DNA of 35,713 bases from Candidatus Udaeobacter sp. (lineage in GTDB: Bacteria > Desulfobacterota > Binatia > UBA9968). Made by a program: the position numbers and the translations under genes. Below, piece by piece: positions 31,275 to 35,713 of the stretch (position 1 is the stretch's first letter; each line of letters opens with the position of its first letter). The notes below the pieces were generated by a model. That model searched no databases, was not told the origin of the DNA, and was given only the letters and a program-made list of their open reading frames with translations. Location of the stretch: the NCBI GenBank assembly GCA_035641275.1, contig DASQUN010000594.1, forward strand, positions 1-35,713, in the 5' to 3' direction.

Positions 31275-31493
31275 ATGCCAAAAGAAGATGCGATTGAAGT
31301 CACCGGCACCGTGTTGGAGACGCTCCCGAATGCGATGTTTCGCGTTGAGTTGGAGAACGGACATAAAGTGCTCGCTCATATCTCCGGCAAGATGCGCATG
31401 CACTACATCAAGATACTGCCTGGAGACAAGGTCAAAATTGAACTGTCTCCGTATGATTTGGCACGCGGGAGAATCATTTTTCGGGAGCGATGA
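31275..31493 (+). CDS. infA: Translation initiation factor IF-1
   Basis: The ORF track starts at TTG 31242. The ATG at 31275 gives the canonical 72-aa product [41 protein letters not shown]. Confidence 0.96.
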   Translation: MPKEDAIEVTGTVLETLPNAMFRVELENGHKVLAHISGKMRMHYIKILPGDKVKIELSPYDLARGRIIFRER

Positions 31494-31507
31494 GAACAGG
31501 AGTGGTC

Positions 31508-31621
31508 GTGAAGGTCAGAGCGTCCGTGAAAAAAATGTGTAACAAGTGTAAAGTGATTCGGCGCAGAGGCGTCGTACGGGTGCTGTGCGTCAATACCAAG
31601 CACAAGCAACGGCAAGGTTAG
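31508..31621 (+). CDS. rpmJ: 50S ribosomal protein L36 (Zn-binding form)
   Basis: Below the ORF-track cut-off. From the GTG start my translation is (M)[36 protein letters not shown] (37 aa). Conserved position between infA and rpsM. Confidence 0.93.
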   Translation: MKVRASVKKMCNKCKVIRRRGVVRVLCVNTKHKQRQG

Positions 31622-31704
31622 GCGAGGTTAAAGAGTCGAGCAGAAGGGCGCAAAAAAAGTTAACCTATCAACGAACGATCTGAGATTCCGAACGGAGTGA
31701 AAGC

Positions 31705-32088
31705 ATGGCACGTATAGCCGGTGTCGATCTTCCCAAGAGTAAAAGAATGGAAGTTGCCCTGACCTACATCTATGGGATTGGCCGCAGTGCTTCAAAAAAA
31801 ATTCTCGATCAGGCGGGCGTCTCGTTGGATCTAAAGAGCGATGATCTAACCGATGACGATGTCGTGAAGATTCGCCAAATCATTGATCAAGCACAGAAAG
31901 TGGAGGGCGATCTTCGGCGCGAGGTTTCCCTGAATATCAAGCGCCATCTCGACATGGGGTCGTACCGCGGGTTGCGACACCGTAGGAACTTGCCGGTGCG
32001 CGGGCAGCGGACCCATACCAATGCGCGCACGCGCAAAGGACCACGCAAGACCGTGGCAGGGAAGAAGACGGCTCCATCTAAAGGTTAG
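31705..32088 (+). CDS. rpsM: 30S ribosomal protein S13
   Basis: 127 aa with [14 protein letters not shown]...YIYGIG...[21 protein letters not shown]. Confidence 0.98.
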   Translation: MARIAGVDLPKSKRMEVALTYIYGIGRSASKKILDQAGVSLDLKSDDLTDDDVVKIRQIIDQAQKVEGDLRREVSLNIKRHLDMGSYRGLRHRRNLPVRGQRTHTNARTRKGPRKTVAGKKTAPSKG

Positions 32089-32107
32089 TCGTTTCTGGGG
32101 GAACATT

Positions 32108-32557
32108 ATGGCAAAAACAGACGAAGCAGCAGAAGAAAAACAGAAGGCGGAAGCTCAGCCGGAACAGAAACCCGCCGACAAGGCCTCGCGAAAAAAACGG
32201 GGACGAAAGAATATCTCCGAAGGCGTGGTCCACATCCATTCGACCTTCAACAACACTATCGTCACGATTACCGACTATCAAGGAAACGTGATCTCATGGT
32301 CTAGCGCCGGAGCGATGGGGTTCAAGGGTTCACGCAAGGGGACTCCCTTTGCGGCGCAGCAAGCTGCGGACAATGCAGCCAAAAAAGCGATGGATCACGG
32401 ATTGCGTAGCGTGCAGATTTTTGTTCGGGGACCGGGTGCTGGGAGAGAATCGGCACTCCGAGCCCTGCAATCAGCGGGAATCAACATTAGCCTGATTAAG
32501 GACGTCACCCCCATCCCGCATAACGGCTGTCGTCCGCCAAAGCGAAGACGAGTTTAA
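32108..32557 (+). CDS. rpsK: 30S ribosomal protein S11 with about 20-aa N-terminal extension
   Basis: The ORF track starts at 32021, inside rpsM. The ATG at 32108 is preceded by GGGGGA 6 nt upstream. 149 aa, with core [18 protein letters not shown]...[13 protein letters not shown]. Confidence 0.96.
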   Translation: MAKTDEAAEEKQKAEAQPEQKPADKASRKKRGRKNISEGVVHIHSTFNNTIVTITDYQGNVISWSSAGAMGFKGSRKGTPFAAQQAADNAAKKAMDHGLRSVQIFVRGPGAGRESALRALQSAGINISLIKDVTPIPHNGCRPPKRRRV

Positions 32558-32568
32558 AGGAGGAAGTA

Positions 32569-33195
32569 TTGGCTAGATACACAGGATCTGTGTGCCGACT
32601 GTGCAGGCGAGAGAATCTTAAGCTTTTTCTTAAGGGTGAGCGTTGTTACACCGATAAGTGCGCTATTGAGAGACGCAATTATCCGCCGGGGCAGCACGGC
32701 CAAGGGAGACCCAAATTTTCTGCCTACAGCGTGCAGCTGCGCGAAAAACAGAAGGTGAAGCGAATCTACGGGTTGCTGGAAAATCAATTCCACCGCACGT
32801 TTGCCGAAGCGGCGCGAACCAAAGGCATCACGGGCGAAACGCTACTGGTGCTTTTGGAGCGGCGGCTCGACAGTGCGGCCTATCGGCTTGGCTTTGCCAG
32901 TTCGCGGGCCGAAGCCAGATCCTTGGTTCGGCAGGGGCACATATTGGTGAACGGTAAAAGGGTGAACATCCCTTCCTGTCTGGTGCGCGTGGGGGATGTC
33001 GTGTCGGTCAAAGAGCAGAGTCGCCAAATTGCGCGTGTGCTCGCGGCAATGGAGGGGGCGCAACGGCGGGGCGTACCCGAATGGGCGGAGCTGGACCGGG
33101 AAAACTTCAGCGGCAGAATCAAGGTCCTGCCCAGCCGCAGTGATATCACGATGCCAATAAACGAGAAACTGATTGTAGAGCTGTATTCGAAGTAA
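32569..33195 (+). CDS. rpsD: 30S ribosomal protein S4 (Cys-cluster N-terminus)
   Basis: 208 aa, TTG start with AAAGGAGGAAG SD. Contains [31 protein letters not shown]. Confidence 0.98.
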   Translation: MARYTGSVCRLCRRENLKLFLKGERCYTDKCAIERRNYPPGQHGQGRPKFSAYSVQLREKQKVKRIYGLLENQFHRTFAEAARTKGITGETLLVLLERRLDSAAYRLGFASSRAEARSLVRQGHILVNGKRVNIPSCLVRVGDVVSVKEQSRQIARVLAAMEGAQRRGVPEWAELDRENFSGRIKVLPSRSDITMPINEKLIVELYSK

Positions 33196-33218
33196 TTTTT
33201 CGAATCGTGGGAGACGCT

Positions 33219-34247
33219 ATGTCTACAACGTACAGACATTGGACGGATTTGATCAAACCCAAGCAATTGGAGGTGGAAGAAAAAACTCTGACCTCTACGT
33301 ACGGGAAGTTTTATGCGGAGCCTTTCGAGCGAGGCTTCGGGCAGACCATTGGCAATTCGCTTCGGAGAATTTTGCTTTCTTCCCTCATGGGAGCCTCGAT
33401 TGTCGCCATTCGCATCAAAGGAATTCTGCATGAGTTCTCAACGATCCCTGGCGTCACCGAGGATGTCGCGGACGTTATTCTGAATCTTAAGGAAGTGCGC
33501 CTCCGACTGAATGATGGCGAGCAGCAAACTCTCAAGATTGAAGCGAAAGGCCCCGGAACGATTTACGCTAAAGACATCGTCGCGCCGGCAACGGTCGAGG
33601 TTCTAAACCCAGAACATAAAATCGCCACGCTTTCCCGGGATGCCAAGCTGGAGATGGAGCTGACGGCAAAGATGGGTCGCGGCTACGTGCCCGCGGAGAG
33701 AAACAAAGAGGAAAGCGCGCCGGTGGATACGATATTTATGGACGCGGTTTTCTCGCCGGTCCAGAAGGTCAATTTTGCGGTCACCAACGCCCGCGTCGGT
33801 CATCGAACAGACTACGACCGCGTCGTGTTCGAGGTCCATACGGACGGGAGCGTGAAACCCGATGATGCCATGGCTTATGCGGCAAAGATCCTCCAGGAAC
33901 AAGTCAGCATCTTCGTAAACTTTCAGGAAGAGCCGCGCCCGGAAAGGAACGAAGACGGACCAAGGATTCCGCTGAATGATAACCTTTTCCGGAGCGTGGA
34001 CGAGCTGGAGTTTTCAGTTCGCTCGCAAAACTGCTTGCAGAACGCCGATATCAAGTACATCGGTGAGTTGGTCCAGAAGAGCGAGCAGGAAATGCTGAAG
34101 ACCAAAAATTTCGGTCACAAGTCCCTCAACGAAATCAAAGAAATTCTCCGCGAGATGGGACTCGAACTCGGCATGAAGATCGAGCATTTTCCCTCGCGCG
34201 AAGAAATCGAGGCCCGCAAGCGCGCCAGCGATAAGGAGTCTGCATAG
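33219..34247 (+). CDS. rpoA: DNA-directed RNA polymerase subunit alpha
   Basis: The ORF track starts at GTG 33207. The ATG at 33219 has GGGAGA about 5 nt upstream and gives 342 aa. Contains [17 protein letters not shown] and the C-terminal-domain sequence [23 protein letters not shown]. The start is uncertain by 4 codons. Confidence 0.97.
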   Translation: MSTTYRHWTDLIKPKQLEVEEKTLTSTYGKFYAEPFERGFGQTIGNSLRRILLSSLMGASIVAIRIKGILHEFSTIPGVTEDVADVILNLKEVRLRLNDGEQQTLKIEAKGPGTIYAKDIVAPATVEVLNPEHKIATLSRDAKLEMELTAKMGRGYVPAERNKEESAPVDTIFMDAVFSPVQKVNFAVTNARVGHRTDYDRVVFEVHTDGSVKPDDAMAYAAKILQEQVSIFVNFQEEPRPERNEDGPRIPLNDNLFRSVDELEFSVRSQNCLQNADIKYIGELVQKSEQEMLKTKNFGHKSLNEIKEILREMGLELGMKIEHFPSREEIEARKRASDKESA

Positions 34248-34250
34248 ACG

Positions 34251-34697
34251 ATGCGCCACCTTAAGTCAGGTAGAAAACTTAACCGGTCTTCCAGCCATCG
34301 CTGGGCTTTGATGCGCAACCTGATTACGTCTTTGCTCCGCGACGAAAAGATTCGCACCACCGATCCGAAAGCAAAAGAGCTGCGACGATGGGCTGATCGT
34401 GTGATCACTCTGGGCAAGCAGGGGAGCCTGCATGCGCGACGCCAGGCTCTCGGTATCGTCCAGGACAAGGCGGTGGTCCGAAAGCTTTTTGATTCGATCG
34501 CGCCCCGATTCAAAGACCGCCCTGGCGGCTACACGCGGATCATAAAAATTGGCCAGCGCCGGGGAGACGCGGCGCCTATTTCTTTGATCGAACTTGTCGC
34601 CGCTCTCGAAGACACCAAACGTCAGCCATCGTCCGGCACCAACAGGAAAGGCAGAAGGCCACGCCGGCAGAAAACGACGAAAGAGGCAACGGCTTAA
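34251..34697 (+). CDS. rplQ: 50S ribosomal protein L17 with basic C-terminal tail
   Basis: 148 aa with [18 protein letters not shown]....L...L....I.TT and GGYTRIIK. Confidence 0.98.
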   Translation: MRHLKSGRKLNRSSSHRWALMRNLITSLLRDEKIRTTDPKAKELRRWADRVITLGKQGSLHARRQALGIVQDKAVVRKLFDSIAPRFKDRPGGYTRIIKIGQRRGDAAPISLIELVAALEDTKRQPSSGTNRKGRRPRRQKTTKEATA

Positions 34698-34718
34698 CGT
34701 AAGTTGCTTTTTTCTTTT
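34685..34718 (+). terminator. Weak candidate intrinsic terminator at the end of the alpha block
   Basis: GGCAAC (34685-34690) pairs with GTTGCT (34703-34708) across a 12-nt loop, followed by TTTTTTCTTTT. The stem is short, the loop is large, and the hairpin overlaps the rplQ stop. Confidence 0.3.
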
Positions 34719-34907
34719 GCCGCTAGCGCAAAGCTGAAGTCCGGTGGCGTTTTTCACGTAACTCCGGCTTTTTGTCTTCTCATCGTGCATACGCACCGTC
34801 CAGAACGGTCGATGGCGATTTTGCCTAGTAGAAATTTCAAAGCTGATTTTTTACGGTATCTTCACCAGCCTCTTTTGTTGACTATGCCGCCGTGATATTT
34901 ACGCTCC

Positions 34908-35288
34908 ATGGTGGAACGAACCAGGAGCGTATTGCACTACTCGATCAAAGATCTCATTCGGTTCGACTTAAACGTGGAGGCGGTGGATGGCCTGCAATGG
35001 AGGGATTTCGGCAACGGGCTGTCGATGGCGCGGCTCGCGCGCGAAGGCAAACGTGAGTTGGTCTTCTACCGTATCCAAGCCGACGCGGCCGCCGATGCCT
35101 TTTTGAAACACGAACATATTGGCGGCGAATTTTACTTGATACTCAAAGGCAAGATCGTCGATGAAACCGGGGAATATGAGGAAGGAGACGTGGTCTTCTT
35201 GGAGCCGAAGTCGGTTCACACGCCGCGTGCCATCGGCCACACTCTGGTTCTCGTCCTGTGGCCAGAAGGGGTACGCCTTGTCGAATGA
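34908..35288 (+). CDS. Cupin-domain protein (ChrR-like cupin fold)
   Basis: 126 aa with HEHIGGEFYLILKGKIVDETGEYEEGDVVFLEPKSVHTP, which matches the cupin two-motif pattern. There is no clear SD, so the start is uncertain. Confidence 0.6.
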   Translation: MVERTRSVLHYSIKDLIRFDLNVEAVDGLQWRDFGNGLSMARLAREGKRELVFYRIQADAAADAFLKHEHIGGEFYLILKGKIVDETGEYEEGDVVFLEPKSVHTPRAIGHTLVLVLWPEGVRLVE

Positions 35289-35322
35289 AGGAAAGACCTC
35301 CATGGCAATAAGGGAGGGCAAT

Positions 35323-35713
35323 GTGAAAACTCTAGGGTTTATTGGCACGGGCGGAATGGGCAGCGGCATGGCGGGCAACCTCATCAAAGCCGGTTATCGT
35401 TTGATCGTCAATGACCTGCGACGGGAGCAGGCGTGCGGTCTCGAAGGTCAGGGCGCCGTGTTTAAGGAGTCCCCCAAGGCGGTTGCGGAGTCTTGTGAGA
35501 TGGTGCTCTCCATGCTTCCGTACAATGAAGCGGTTAAAGCGGTCGGTCTCGGGAATGGCGGCTTACACCAAGCGATGAGCGGCGCGAAGCTGTGGGTGGA
35601 CTTCAGCAGCATCGACAAGAAGACCATCGTTGCGGTCAGCGCGGAGCTGGAGAACAAGGGTTGGCACATCCTTGACGGCTCGGCCGGAGGCGTGGAAGAA
35701 GCGGCAGCGGCAG
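35323..35713 (+). CDS. NAD(P)-dependent beta-hydroxyacid dehydrogenase family protein (3-hydroxyisobutyrate / 6-phosphogluconate dehydrogenase-like), 3' end cut by window edge
   Basis: Not in the ORF track because there is no stop in the window. My translation: (V)KTLGFIGTGGMGSGMAGNLIKAGYRLIVNDL...MLPYNEAVKAV..., a Rossmann GxGxMGxxMAxNL motif. The GTG at 35323 follows AAGGGAGGG; an in-frame ATG at 35302 is an alternative start. Confidence 0.8.
   Translation, partial: MKTLGFIGTGGMGSGMAGNLIKAGYRLIVNDLRREQACGLEGQGAVFKESPKAVAESCEMVLSMLPYNEAVKAVGLGNGGLHQAMSGAKLWVDFSSIDKKTIVAVSAELENKGWHILDGSAGGVEEAAAA

Noticed and set aside
34704-34895. 63-aa ORF in the 210-nt rplQ-cupin intergenic region, and a TTGACT box at 34878-34883.
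   Set aside because: The ORF has a non-ATG start, no SD and no recognisable motif. The TTGACT box has no -10 element at a workable spacing before the ATG at 34908. The region is more likely plain intergenic sequence containing the operon end.

Overview
This window is almost entirely the conserved bacterial translation/transcription supercluster. About 32 kb of co-directional (+) genes run from a tRNA-Thr/Tyr/Gly/Thr cluster through tuf, rpmG, tRNA-Trp, secE, nusG, rplKAJL, rpoBC, rpsL, rpsG and fusA. They continue through the S10, spc and alpha blocks (rpsJ to rplQ, including secY, adk, map, infA and rpmJ). The left flank carries a minus-strand lptF/lptG-like LPS-export permease pair and a divergent SpoU-family rRNA methyltransferase. 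The right flank carries a small cupin protein and a truncated beta-hydroxyacid-dehydrogenase-family gene. LptF/G and an SI3-type insertion in the beta-prime trigger loop point to a diderm bacterium of moderate GC; I cannot place it more precisely from sequence alone. I added six features that the ORF track misses: rpmG, rpmJ, five tRNAs, the truncated lptG and the truncated dehydrogenase. I also corrected six over-extended ORF-track starts (rplA, rplN, rplE, infA, rpsK, rpoA). I see no mobile element, CRISPR array, defence or toxin module, orphan gene block or other sign of a novel system; this is a core, ordinary region. The observations worth a second look are modest. They are a textbook intrinsic-terminator hairpin between rpsG and fusA, absence of rpmD (L30), lineage-specific tails on S19, S11 and L17, an unusually long SD-less rpsS-rplV spacer, lptF and rlmB start codons only 2 nt apart, and the str and S10 operons fused by a 4-nt overlap with the only tuf copy in the tufB-like position.
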